From: Minisyncoccota bacterium
GTDB taxonomy: Bacteria; Patescibacteriota; Minisyncoccia; Phycocordibacterales; UBA9973
DNA: 64,000 nt
Reading direction: 5' to 3'
NCBI GenBank assembly: GCA_039915165.1
Contig: JBDSNU010000017.1
Span: 2,041-66,040, forward strand
Of this stretch, positions 28,006 through 37,250 are shown piece by piece. Made by a program: the position numbers and the translations under genes. The notes beneath the pieces are model-generated. The model was not told the origin of the DNA. It did not search any database and saw only the letters and a program-made list of their open reading frames with translations. Positions within the stretch are counted from its first letter, which is position 1, and each line of letters starts with the position of its first letter.

Positions 28006-29707
28006 AACTGAAAAAGAACTCATAGCAGAGATAGTGAACGGCAAATACCGCGAGTGCTATTTTATATACAACCGCAAGAGCACTGACGATGATGACAATC
28101 AGAAAAATTCCATTTCATATCAGAAAGCAGAGAATGCTCGATTTGCATTTAAAGAAAAGCTACCGATGGCACACCTTACAATAAAGGGTTTTTGTACCGA
28201 CGGGATTGTCTCGGAAAAGCATTCAGGATTTAAGGAGGATAATGATTTTAATATCACAGCTGATGGTCTAGTTCAGTATCGTATTGATAGACCAAAGTTT
28301 CAGCAAATGCTCCAGTTCGCAAGCCAGGGGCTTATAAGAGGTGTCGTTTGTCTTTGCTGGGACCGTATTAGTAGAAACAAAGGAGATGATACCCTTGTAA
28401 GAAAGCTTATGCGCAAAGGTGTAGATTTTCGATTCGTGTATGCAAACTATGATAAGACCAGTTCTGGTGCATTGCATATGGATATTGATGGAATGTTTTC
28501 CCAGCATCACTCTAGAGTTACTAGCGAAAAAGTTTCCATCACTACAAGGCACTCCAGAGAAAAAGGTATCTGTACCTACCGTGCACCCATCGGCTATTTG
28601 AACGAGGGTAACATGGATCACAAGCCCTTTGACCCTGAGCGTGCTCCCGTAATTACCCAGATGTATGAATTTTACGCTACTGGTGAGTGGAGCTTGTCTG
28701 ACCTGGCACGATACGCTGCAGAGCAAGGCTTCGTTACTGTTCCTATGAGACGAAGGAGAACGCAGGAGGAAATACTCGGTGAAGAGGATGAATTCGACGA
28801 GATTCAAAAGACATCTAGGCCAGTAAATGAGAATCATATCAGCCGAATACTCACCAATCCTTTTTATACAGGAAAGATTTTAGACTCAGGAGGCAAGCAC
28901 ATTGAAAGCAACAGCCACGAACCCCTTGTCAGCGAAGAGCTTTTTAATAAGGTGCAGGGTGTGCTCAAAAAGAAAAAGACTAGCGTGCATTACACAGAGA
29001 AATTAGATCTCCCGCTTCGGGGCGTTGTACGTTGTGAACTTTGTGAACGTGTATATACACCATACGAGAGAAAAGGAATTCTGTATTTCAACTCCCGCTG
29101 TATTAAGGGCTGTACTAACGAGCTCAAAAACTTTAACATTTCCTTCATTACTGAAAAGATCGCTGGGCTTATTGGCAACCTATACTTTACCGATGATGAA
29201 ATGGCTCAAATGGACGCTCGTATGGGTACAGACGTAGCGTTGCTTGAAGAAAAGCGCCTAAAGCAGCTAGACCAGGTCGAGAGAAGAAAAAAGAAAGTGC
29301 GTGAAGACCTTGCATATATTCGCTCGAACAAGCTCTCACTGCTTAAGACAGGCGTCTATACTGCCGAAGCGTTAGTTGAAGAAGAGTCAAATTTAAACGA
29401 GGAGCTCTTGATTCTTCAGAATCAAGAACAGTCTTCTGACATCGCTATGCACGAAACAATGAAGGACGTACAGAAACTTTCAGAACTAGTGAAGGACGTT
29501 ATGCCATATTACAATTTTGCCAATGCACATGAAAAAGAGAAAATAATCAGAGTTATCTTTTCAGAACTGACTATTTCACAGAATACGTTTAAATATAAAT
29601 GCAAAAGTGGCTTTCAGTGCTTTGAAAATCGCTTAAATGCAATGGGTGACCCCACGGGGAATCGAACCCCGATTAACGGCTTGAAAAGCCGGCGTCCTAA
29701 CCGTTAG
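27986..29707 (+). CDS. Large serine recombinase; C-terminus currently read from the antisense tRNA
   Basis: Catalytic YNRKST, WDRISRN, APIGY, ILTNPFYTG, HEPLVSEELF..VQ, Zn ribbon CELC...CIKGC, coiled coil; ends GDPTGNRTPINGLKSRRPNR inside the tRNA. Confidence 0.93.
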   Translation: MSKQIIKTEKELIAEIVNGKYRECYFIYNRKSTDDDDNQKNSISYQKAENARFAFKEKLPMAHLTIKGFCTDGIVSEKHSGFKEDNDFNITADGLVQYRIDRPKFQQMLQFASQGLIRGVVCLCWDRISRNKGDDTLVRKLMRKGVDFRFVYANYDKTSSGALHMDIDGMFSQHHSRVTSEKVSITTRHSREKGICTYRAPIGYLNEGNMDHKPFDPERAPVITQMYEFYATGEWSLSDLARYAAEQGFVTVPMRRRRTQEEILGEEDEFDEIQKTSRPVNENHISRILTNPFYTGKILDSGGKHIESNSHEPLVSEELFNKVQGVLKKKKTSVHYTEKLDLPLRGVVRCELCERVYTPYERKGILYFNSRCIKGCTNELKNFNISFITEKIAGLIGNLYFTDDEMAQMDARMGTDVALLEEKRLKQLDQVERRKKKVREDLAYIRSNKLSLLKTGVYTAEALVEEESNLNEELLILQNQEQSSDIAMHETMKDVQKLSELVKDVMPYYNFANAHEKEKIIRVIFSELTISQNTFKYKCKSGFQCFENRLNAMGDPTGNRTPINGLKSRRPNR

Positions 29708-29718
29708 ACGATGGGGCC
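29647..29718 (-). tRNA. tRNA-Glu(TTC), integration target
   Basis: Reverse complement GGCCCCATCGTCTAACGGTTAGGACGCCGGCTTTTCAAGCCGTTAATCGGGGTTCGATTCCCCGTGGGGTCA. Confidence 0.93.
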
Positions 29719-29811
29719 ATAGTAAATGGCGTGAGTAACGTGACCATTATAAATAAAATTTGGAAAAAGTAAACCGTGCTTGTTTTTGCAAGCACGGCAG
29801 TGGGAGGGAAT

Positions 29812-30237
29812 TTAATTGTGGAGAAATTCGGTTTTGAGCGGGTAATACCCTTTAGTTTCATTTTCATCAATCAAATAATACAGTTCATAGCCTTTGGTCT
29901 CATTGCTATGGCTATTAAATTGCACATATTCAATGAATTCAGGTGAGCCAATAGGTGTTTTGTCTAACTCTTGCACAAGCCTGGTAATTATTGATTTACA
30001 GGCTATTACAACTATTGGTTGTCCTGACGACTCTCTCGCACATAAAATTGTCTGCATAATATCCTTGATGGAATTTTTGTCATAAGAAAACAAGACCTGT
30101 GAGTCATTTAGGATTATTTCCGGAGGAACTTCAACTAGGTCTGCACCAGGAGGAATTTTTAGAAATGAAAATAAATTGAAAGTGTTTCTTTCTAGGAGCG
30201 GAATCAAACGAATAACGGAGTCTGGATAACCATTCAT
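29812..30237 (-). CDS. Orphan hypothetical protein
   Basis: ATG at 30237 downstream of a TTGACA box; own terminator. Confidence 0.5.
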   Translation of the reverse strand: MNGYPDSVIRLIPLLERNTFNLFSFLKIPPGADLVEVPPEIILNDSQVLFSYDKNSIKDIMQTILCARESSGQPIVVIACKSIITRLVQELDKTPIGSPEFIEYVQFNSHSNETKGYELYYLIDENETKGYYPLKTEFLHN

Positions 30238-30340
30238 ATGTGTATATTTTTTTGCATTGTGTATAAAAAATCCTATTTTGTCAATAAACAAAAACCGCCC
30301 TCCATTGTAATGGAGGGTGGGGAATGATAGGTGGTTAAAA

Positions 30341-30814
30341 TCAGGCAACAGTTTGTGCAAGGTTATGTTCAGAAATACGAATAAAATATTCATCGCAATC
30401 TTTAACTTTTGCCATGAAAATTTTACGCCCAAAACAAGGAACAATTGTTTGTTCATCTGCGTCACATATCAGATAGTTAAATGCACGATCTCTCGTATCA
30501 TTTTCTAATAGGCTTCGCACGCTGGCTAATTGTTCCGGCTGAATAAAAAGGAGTTGCTTCGGCAAATCACTCATTGCCCACTCATTTAGACTCAGAATAA
30601 TTGTATTAAGCATTTGTTCTGAAGTAAGAGCAGGGTACAGCATTTCTGTAAAACCTGACCATCCATACGTCATGAGGTTGTTGATGACATAAGTTGGAAG
30701 AGTGGCAAAGTGTGATGAAACAGAAATGTTGGCCCGCTGTTCGAGCGGGAATCTCATTACATCGTCGGCACTAGGGACATTCGGATAGCAAATAATAATC
30801 GTGAGCTCTTTCAT
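30341..30814 (-). CDS. Orphan hypothetical protein
   Basis: 157-aa ORF with a promoter and terminator. Confidence 0.55.
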   Translation of the reverse strand: MKELTIIICYPNVPSADDVMRFPLEQRANISVSSHFATLPTYVINNLMTYGWSGFTEMLYPALTSEQMLNTIILSLNEWAMSDLPKQLLFIQPEQLASVRSLLENDTRDRAFNYLICDADEQTIVPCFGRKIFMAKVKDCDEYFIRISEHNLAQTVA

Positions 30815-30874
30815 ATGTTTTTTAAGTTTGAGCTAGTTTGCCTAAAATGAGATTATTTGTCAAACTATTTTTGC

Positions 30875-30948
30875 GCGCGATTAGCTCAGATGGTTAGAGC
30901 GCAACATCGACATTGTTGAGGTCACAGGTTCGATCCCCGTATCGCGCA
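30875..30948 (+). tRNA. tRNA-Val(GAC)
   Basis: GCGCGAT/ATCGCGC acceptor stem, CAACA-TCGACAT-TGTTG anticodon arm, GGTTCGATCC. Confidence 0.9.
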
Positions 30949-31167
30949 CACTGTTGGACATAAACTTACAAAGCGTAAAAACCTTACCCAACAAGGTTAT
31001 TATGGCACATAACAACCTTGATTTTTTATTCGTCAATTCACCCTGGAGGGATCGAACCTCTGTCCGCCTATTTAGGCTTTTTCAGCGGTGTAATTAAAAA
31101 ACAAACTTTTATACCAAAGCCCTGTATTATTTATAGGTGCTATGTTGCACTGTTAAATTTTACGACC

Positions 31168-31362
31168 ATGGGACATAAAGAAAAAGGAATCGATGATGCT
31201 CGCGCAGGTAAACCGTATGAAGAACCTACAAAGGATCTTATCGATCATGTTGGACTTGGTTACTCTAATGAGGAAATTAAGAACCAAAAGGATGATTATG
31301 GCTCGGGATATGAAATTGGCACCGCACAAAGAGTAGCCGATTCTAACGAGAAAAAAGACTAA
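31168..31362 (+). CDS. Small hydrophilic hypothetical protein
   Basis: MGHKEKGIDDARAGKPYEEP...; start uncertain. Confidence 0.45.
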   Translation: MGHKEKGIDDARAGKPYEEPTKDLIDHVGLGYSNEEIKNQKDDYGSGYEIGTAQRVADSNEKKD

Positions 31363-31391
31363 TAATCCGGGTAAGGGCAACTTATCAGCCC

Positions 31392-32060
31392 TTACCCGAT
31401 TACCTTATACACGTACAACCTGTGAGAGCCAAAGGTTGGCCCCGGTACGTGAATGGTTCTCACTAATTTTAGGTTTGAAAGGGCGAAATCGTAGCTAACG
31501 ATTATTGTACCACCCCTGCATTCGGACAGAATCTTTCTCTCCAGTTCGAGTATGGTTGCTGGAAGGAGGTACATATAGATGTGTGTGGCCTCCTGAAGAT
31601 TTACCTTATTGAAGTCCATGGATAATATTTTAACGTTCATATTCCTCGTCCTAAATCTTGCAATGGTAGAAGCAATTATGTTTACTTCTATTCCTACCCC
31701 TTTGGAGCAATTGGTTTGCTTCATCGCAGTTTCCAAGATTCTTCCATCGCCGCACCCTAAATCGTATAGTACGCTGCCATTGTCCAAATTAAGTGCAGCA
31801 ATTGCCAAGTTCACACCCTCCTGCTTTGTCGTGACGAAAGGCGGCCTCCTTAATATAACTGCCTTAATGTGATAAAACAAAAAAGCACAAAGCAGTGAGA
31901 AAAGTGCGCATAGTCCTATTAGTGAAAAAATCATAAAGGTTATTGTTTTATATTTATACCACATAAAGACAATACGCGGGAATAGGCTACCCAACAGTAC
32001 CGTCGTGATTAAAATTTCATAAGCAGGTTCCGAACGTCCTGTAGTAGGGTGCACAAACAA
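31392..32060 (-). CDS. Membrane-anchored class I SAM methyltransferase (true start probably near 31935)
   Basis: PPFVTT, YDLGCGDGRIL, GVGIEVN, ATHIYMYLLP, IVSYDF. Confidence 0.85.
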   Translation of the reverse strand: MFVHPTTGRSEPAYEILITTVLLGSLFPRIVFMWYKYKTITFMIFSLIGLCALFSLLCAFLFYHIKAVILRRPPFVTTKQEGVNLAIAALNLDNGSVLYDLGCGDGRILETAMKQTNCSKGVGIEVNIIASTIARFRTRNMNVKILSMDFNKVNLQEATHIYMYLLPATILELERKILSECRGGTIIVSYDFALSNLKLVRTIHVPGPTFGSHRLYVYKVIG

Positions 32061-32074
32061 AAAAGTCGCTAGTG

Positions 32075-32425
32075 TTAACTAACGACTTCCAGATGATGGA
32101 TGCGTTTACAGTCCCAAAGAACTTCCCCTAAGTTAGAGGTAGTTATTGTAACTAGTTTGCCCCAGTTTTTCATATTTTTTTCGAAGGCGAGAATACCATC
32201 AACCAGTGGCTGACACTGAGCTCGTAGCGTAGCCATAATAACAAGGTCGGGATTGGTGGCAGTATTGTTATCTACGTCGCTAGTATCTATACCTGCAAAC
32301 TTTCCTTGTTTAGAAATCGCTCCGATTTTTTTGAAAAGATCTTTTTCCTGTTCTTTGGTAAAACAAAAAACAGCTTTGTAAATTTTAATGCCACCTCTGG
32401 TGACGGTTAATTCAAACTTTTTCAT
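32075..32425 (-). CDS. Orphan hypothetical protein
   Basis: ORF with an A-rich leader and TTGACA promoter. Confidence 0.55.
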   Translation of the reverse strand: MKKFELTVTRGGIKIYKAVFCFTKEQEKDLFKKIGAISKQGKFAGIDTSDVDNNTATNPDLVIMATLRAQCQPLVDGILAFEKNMKNWGKLVTITTSNLGEVLWDCKRIHHLEVVS

Positions 32426-32561
32426 TTTCGTTTTTTTTGTTTATATTGCCTTATTGGTTGATAATGTCAATTCTAGCTCTTGTATGGTTTTAATATTCCA
32501 AAGACACCGATATTTAAAATAAAAAGTGCATCCCATGTAAATAGAATGCACTGATAGTGAA

Positions 32562-32993
32562 TTAAAAGATGCTGTCGGAGTTATCCAGGGTGAACTGTAA
32601 TAGCTCTTCGAAAAAAAGTAATTTTTTAATTGCCCGAGGTAGATCTTTTAGTACGGCCTCTTCGCCTAGCTCACTAACTGCTTGAGGCGATACCCAAACA
32701 CGATTCATGTAATTGCTGTATCCAAAATTTTCGACACGAACTGATTTACTGTCAGCGCGGATAAGGTCATCTGCAGAAAATTTAATAACAGTAACATCAT
32801 AATGGGCCGCTTTGAATTCTTTTCCAAATGAATCCTCTGGCCAGTTTACATAGACCAGCAGGCTTTGCCGGAGCATGTGTATTGCCCGCGGGTCGCTGGT
32901 ATATTTTTCTTCAGTTTCATTATCCACCTCGAAGGGGATGTTCAATGTCATTGCCGTAAGAATAGGGCACCGTAACTCAATTTTATTTTCCAT
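32562..32993 (-). CDS. Orphan hypothetical protein
   Basis: MENKIELRCP...; promoter and terminator present. Confidence 0.55.
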   Translation of the reverse strand: MENKIELRCPILTAMTLNIPFEVDNETEEKYTSDPRAIHMLRQSLLVYVNWPEDSFGKEFKAAHYDVTVIKFSADDLIRADSKSVRVENFGYSNYMNRVWVSPQAVSELGEEAVLKDLPRAIKKLLFFEELLQFTLDNSDSIF

Positions 32994-33329
32994 ATTTAAT
33001 GTAATTTCCCTTACTCTACGTTTTATTATCAATATGTCAATAGATTAGTGGTATACAAAAAATTCCTTGACATATAAAGTAGGAGGTATACACTCCCATT
33101 GTAAGTTCTTCATAGATCTTACAAAGCATGGGTGAATTATTTTCACACATACAAGCAACCTTTCAGCTGTTTTCAACAAAAAGTTTGCTTGTACCCATTC
33201 TTTATTTGTTCTTTCCGTACTTATCCCGTACCTCCTTGGTACGTCAACATATAGCTCAGTTATATTTTAAAAAAGCCTTTCTCCGGAAAGGCTTTTTCTT
33301 TTTTATATATAACTAAAATTAAAACCCTA

Positions 33330-33719
33330 TCAGCTTGCTGCTGATAGGGTTGGTGAAACAATTTTTTTAATTCGATAGGCAGAACCATTTTGAGTTGTCA
33401 CTAAAATGGTATCAGCCCTGGTTTTATCTATTCGCTTAATTCGTCCTGTGGGCTGGCCATCTATAATGATGGGCTGATTACACACTATTGAATGTGATAA
33501 CACAATTTCAATTGGCTCGGCGAGATAGGGTACAGGGGATTTGGAGTGAGGAGCATCTGTGATTTTTTTAATCGAAACAGTGTCACCTTTTTTTAGGAAC
33601 TTTTCCTCAGAGGATCTCCAGAATTTAAAATCAGATAATAGGTTGCGGAAGAAAAATTTGCTAAATATCATGTTTTTTCTTTTACCATAAATCATTAAAC
33701 ACTGTTTGTCAACAGTCAT
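33330..33719 (-). CDS. Hypothetical protein
   Basis: ORF ending VTTQNGSAYRI; start uncertain. Confidence 0.5.
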   Translation of the reverse strand: MTVDKQCLMIYGKRKNMIFSKFFFRNLLSDFKFWRSSEEKFLKKGDTVSIKKITDAPHSKSPVPYLAEPIEIVLSHSIVCNQPIIIDGQPTGRIKRIDKTRADTILVTTQNGSAYRIKKIVSPTLSAAS

Positions 33720-33761
33720 ATATTGATATAAATTTTACCCCGCACATGTTATAGTTGTGGC

Positions 33762-34661
33762 ATGAAAATTCTCGTATCATTCAAATGGTTATACCGTTGG
33801 CTCGGAAAAAAAATGGCAGTACCACGCTTTGTATTTATAGTGGTCACACTCTTTGCATTGATTGGTTTGGTTTTTACAGCAGTATTTTTTGCGATGCAAT
33901 ATGGATTGTTGAATGTTAAAGGTTCAAGCATTGCTCGTAATATTTCTCTTGGTGCAATTCCTCAAGCTGCGATTGTAAGTACCTGTGCCACAGTGAATGG
34001 TACAACTCCCAAGACCTGCGACTGGTCAGCAACATCTGAATGGGGCGTGCTTCATAGTGCGATCACAAAAGATAGTAGTGTGTTAAATAAAGTAGCTGAC
34101 CAAACAGGTGTCTCTGGACGGTTGATTGCTTCGGCTGTGGTACCTGAACAACTTCGTTACTTTACTTCCAATCGTGAAAGTTTTAAGAAATATTTTGAAC
34201 CATTGAAAATCCTCTCATCGCTTTCAAAGTTTTCACTCGGTGTGTCAGGTATTAAGCAAGACACCGCTATTCAGATTGAACAATATGCCAACAATCCCAA
34301 CTCACAGTTTTATCCCGGTCCAGAAATCGCACCACTACTTGCATATCCTGCCGGCGTAGATCATGACACCGAGCTCTACAATCGTCTAACAGATGCGCAT
34401 GACCACTATTACTCATATTTGTATACGGCAGCATTTATTAAAGAGGTTGAGGCACAGTGGGCCAAAGCAGGGTATGATGTAACCAATCGTCCAGATGTAG
34501 TCGTAACGCTTTTCAATATAGGTTTTGGTGTGTCACATCCCAATGCCAATCCACAAGTTGCTGGCTCCAAAATCACCCTTGGTGGCAAAGACTATGCTTT
34601 TGGCGAACTCGGCACATTGTTCTACCAATCAGATCAATTGCTCAATATATTGCCACGATAA
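33762..34661 (+). CDS. Membrane-anchored hypothetical protein (possible lysozyme-like fold)
   Basis: TM anchor; IASAVVPEQLR...SLGVSGIK...TLFNIG pattern. Confidence 0.6.
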   Translation: MKILVSFKWLYRWLGKKMAVPRFVFIVVTLFALIGLVFTAVFFAMQYGLLNVKGSSIARNISLGAIPQAAIVSTCATVNGTTPKTCDWSATSEWGVLHSAITKDSSVLNKVADQTGVSGRLIASAVVPEQLRYFTSNRESFKKYFEPLKILSSLSKFSLGVSGIKQDTAIQIEQYANNPNSQFYPGPEIAPLLAYPAGVDHDTELYNRLTDAHDHYYSYLYTAAFIKEVEAQWAKAGYDVTNRPDVVVTLFNIGFGVSHPNANPQVAGSKITLGGKDYAFGELGTLFYQSDQLLNILPR

Positions 34662-34674
34662 TGAATCACAAACT

Positions 34675-35850
34675 ATGCACGATAAAGAAATTCACACATT
34701 ACTCAATCAAGAAATTCAGCGACAAGACCATGTCGTTAATTTAATCGCGTCTGAAAACTATGTTTCAAAAGACGTACTAGTTGCACTTGGTAGTGTATTC
34801 ACCAACAAGTATGCAGAAGGATATCCCTCAGCACGCTACTATGGCGGCAATACCATTATTGATCAATTAGAAAAACTGACCCAACAGCGGGCATTAGCAT
34901 TATTTGGTTTGTCTGCTGATGAATGGTCAGTGAATGTACAGGCGCTCTCTGGTTCTCCTGCAAACTTGGCGGTATATACAGCACTCGTTCCACTCGGTCA
35001 GTCCATCATGGGACTATCTCTTGATCAAGGAGGACATCTTACTCATGGCCACAAAGCATCAGTGACAGGCAAATGGTGGAAACAAATTCCGTATACATTG
35101 AACAAAGAAACTGAGTTGTTGGATTATGATGCAATAGCTACTTCTGCAACTGCAGAGAAGCCCGCTATGATTGTGGCAGGATATACCGCATACTCAGGCA
35201 CTATTGATTGGGCAGCACTCCGTACAATTGCCGATGTATCTGGTGCATTACTCCATGCGGATGTATCACATACTGCAGGATTGATCGCTGGCGGTGTACA
35301 AGAAAGCCCTTTTGCCTATGCAGATACAGTAGTGATGACTACTCACAAAACATTACGCGGTCCACGTGGTGCTTTGATCTTTTCAAAGAAACAGTTCTCA
35401 GACAAAATCGACAAAGCAGTCTTCCCAGGACTACAAGGCGGTCCACATATGAATACTATCGCTGGTATTGCTGTAGCATTGCACGAAGCTCAACAATCAT
35501 CCTTCAAAGAATATGCTGCTCACGTTATACAAAATGCTCAAACACTGGCACGAGTATTACAAGACAGTGGTTGGCGTATTATTTCTGGCGGAACTGATAG
35601 TCATTTATTCTTAGTTGATACATGGAGTAATGGTATTTCTGGTAAAGATGCTAGTGATGCATTGGAACAAGCGGGGATTATTGTTAACAAAAATACTATC
35701 CCTTTTGATGAACGGAGCCCCGTCGATCCTTCGGGTATTCGCATCGGTACTGCAGCAGAAACCACTCGTGGCAAAACAACTGCAGACATGATTGAGATCG
35801 CACAAAAAATAGATAGCATTTTAAGAAGCAGTACACTCACTGTAAAATAA
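34675..35850 (+). CDS. glyA: Serine hydroxymethyltransferase
   Basis: LIASENY, TNKYAEGYP, GGHLTHG, TTHKTLRGPRG, FPGLQGGP. Confidence 0.97.
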   Translation: MHDKEIHTLLNQEIQRQDHVVNLIASENYVSKDVLVALGSVFTNKYAEGYPSARYYGGNTIIDQLEKLTQQRALALFGLSADEWSVNVQALSGSPANLAVYTALVPLGQSIMGLSLDQGGHLTHGHKASVTGKWWKQIPYTLNKETELLDYDAIATSATAEKPAMIVAGYTAYSGTIDWAALRTIADVSGALLHADVSHTAGLIAGGVQESPFAYADTVVMTTHKTLRGPRGALIFSKKQFSDKIDKAVFPGLQGGPHMNTIAGIAVALHEAQQSSFKEYAAHVIQNAQTLARVLQDSGWRIISGGTDSHLFLVDTWSNGISGKDASDALEQAGIIVNKNTIPFDERSPVDPSGIRIGTAAETTRGKTTADMIEIAQKIDSILRSSTLTVK

Positions 35851-35852
35851 TT

Positions 35853-36662
35853 ATGGTTATTGATGCACCAACAATTAAAAAAGATATTTTGGAAGAAATC
35901 ATCGCAGTAAACAGGACTTCGCTAAAAAAGAAGCGAGTATGTTTCGTGCAATTTGGTAATGATGCTAGTAGTACAAAGTTTATCGAAATGAAAGTAAAGA
36001 TGGCACAAGACTTAGGCATTGAAGCAGTAGTAGTAAAAGACCCTTCAATAACTACTGAAGAGGCGTTGTTGTCACTTGGCACTGTTATCGAGCAAGAATA
36101 TGATGGCATAGTGGTACAGCTACCCTTGCCTGAAGGTATTGATACCAACCTGGTGATCGATAGTATTCCGACAGAAATGGATATCGATATGATCAGTGAA
36201 GATTCAAAGGTTCACTATCGTGCAGCAGATACTGAGCGTACTGCTCCTGTGGCGGCTGCCGTGCAAGCCATGCTTTGGTATCACAAGATTATTTTGATAG
36301 ATAAAAAAGTAGTGGTGGTAGGCCGCGGCCGTCTTGTTGGTGAGTCAATACTGATGTTGCTTGATCGCCAAGAGCTTCCTTATACTGTGATTGATATCAA
36401 CACTCCTGAAGAAGAAAAATTAGCCGCATTACAATCTGCTGACGTTATCATTTCTGGTACTGGTGTACCGCATAGTATCACTGTAGATATGGTCAAAGAA
36501 GGAGTAGTACTTATCGATGCTGGCACAAGTGAACAAGCAGGCAAGCTCGTTGGCGATATAGATCCGGCATGTTATGAAAAAGCACAATGGTATACGCCCG
36601 TTCCAGGTGGAGTTGGTCCACTGACTGTGGTGTGTTTATTTAGAAACCTTTTTCTGAGTTAA
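35853..36662 (+). CDS. folD: Methylenetetrahydrofolate dehydrogenase/cyclohydrolase
   Basis: GIVVQLPLP, VVVGRGRLVG, LIDAG, TPVPGGVGPLTV. Confidence 0.93.
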   Translation: MVIDAPTIKKDILEEIIAVNRTSLKKKRVCFVQFGNDASSTKFIEMKVKMAQDLGIEAVVVKDPSITTEEALLSLGTVIEQEYDGIVVQLPLPEGIDTNLVIDSIPTEMDIDMISEDSKVHYRAADTERTAPVAAAVQAMLWYHKIILIDKKVVVVGRGRLVGESILMLLDRQELPYTVIDINTPEEEKLAALQSADVIISGTGVPHSITVDMVKEGVVLIDAGTSEQAGKLVGDIDPACYEKAQWYTPVPGGVGPLTVVCLFRNLFLS

Positions 36663-37247
36663 TTTGTTAACTAGATATCTTCCACCAAAAATAATGATAG
36701 CAACAATAAGGAGTAAAAGTACTCCTTTTTGTATGCCTTTCACTGCGTATTGTGCATTAAGCCAATATTTTCCCAGAATTCTTCCTAATAATACATAGCC
36801 GCCAGTCCATACTATTGCAGAAGCAATAACAGATAAAAGAAATTTCTTTGGTTTAATGTGTAATAGCCCCGCTGCCACTGAAGCATATCCTCGTACTAAC
36901 GGCAGCATTCTGCCAATGAAAATCCCCCATGAGCCATGCTTTTCTACTCGGTCAATTAACCCCGCGATACTATCTTGAGAAATAGGGATCCACTTTTTGG
37001 CTAAAATTTTAGGCCCTACTGTATAAAAGACCCAATATAGTAATGTTGTGCCAATAATATCAGCGGTAACAGCAGAAAGAAAAATTAATGGAAATGAAAG
37101 CACCCCGCTATATCCTAAAGATCCCGCAAAAAGCAACACAAGTTCATTGGTGATTGGATTGGGTATACCAATTTCTTGTAAAAAAACTAATGCAAAAATT
37201 GCAGCGTAGCCATAATGAGTAATAAATAAAATGAGAGATTGAGGCAT
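36636..37247 (-). CDS. DedA family membrane protein
   Basis: HYGYAAIF...EIGIPNP..ELVLLFAG, IGRMLPLVR, AGL. Confidence 0.9.
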   Translation of the reverse strand: MPQSLILFITHYGYAAIFALVFLQEIGIPNPITNELVLLFAGSLGYSGVLSFPLIFLSAVTADIIGTTLLYWVFYTVGPKILAKKWIPISQDSIAGLIDRVEKHGSWGIFIGRMLPLVRGYASVAAGLLHIKPKKFLLSVIASAIVWTGGYVLLGRILGKYWLNAQYAVKGIQKGVLLLLIVAIIIFGGRYLVNKLTQKKVSK

Positions 37248-37250
37248 AGG

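Larger units (their letters stand above)
15113..29655. mobile_element. tRNA-Glu-anchored serine-recombinase island with an att-delimited cassette array (core element 20156-29655, cassettes 15114-20155)
   Basis: Large serine recombinase abutting the tRNA 3' end; core GTGACCCCA(C) present six times; replication-like NTPase, umuDC and orphan cargo. Confidence 0.85.

Noticed and set aside
31036-31068. tRNA T-arm-like fragment (reverse complement AGAGGTTCGATCCCTCCAGGGTG), plus a weak tRNA-like stretch near 32023-32055
   Set aside because: No complete cloverleaf, and too little identity to tRNA-Val to call an att site.
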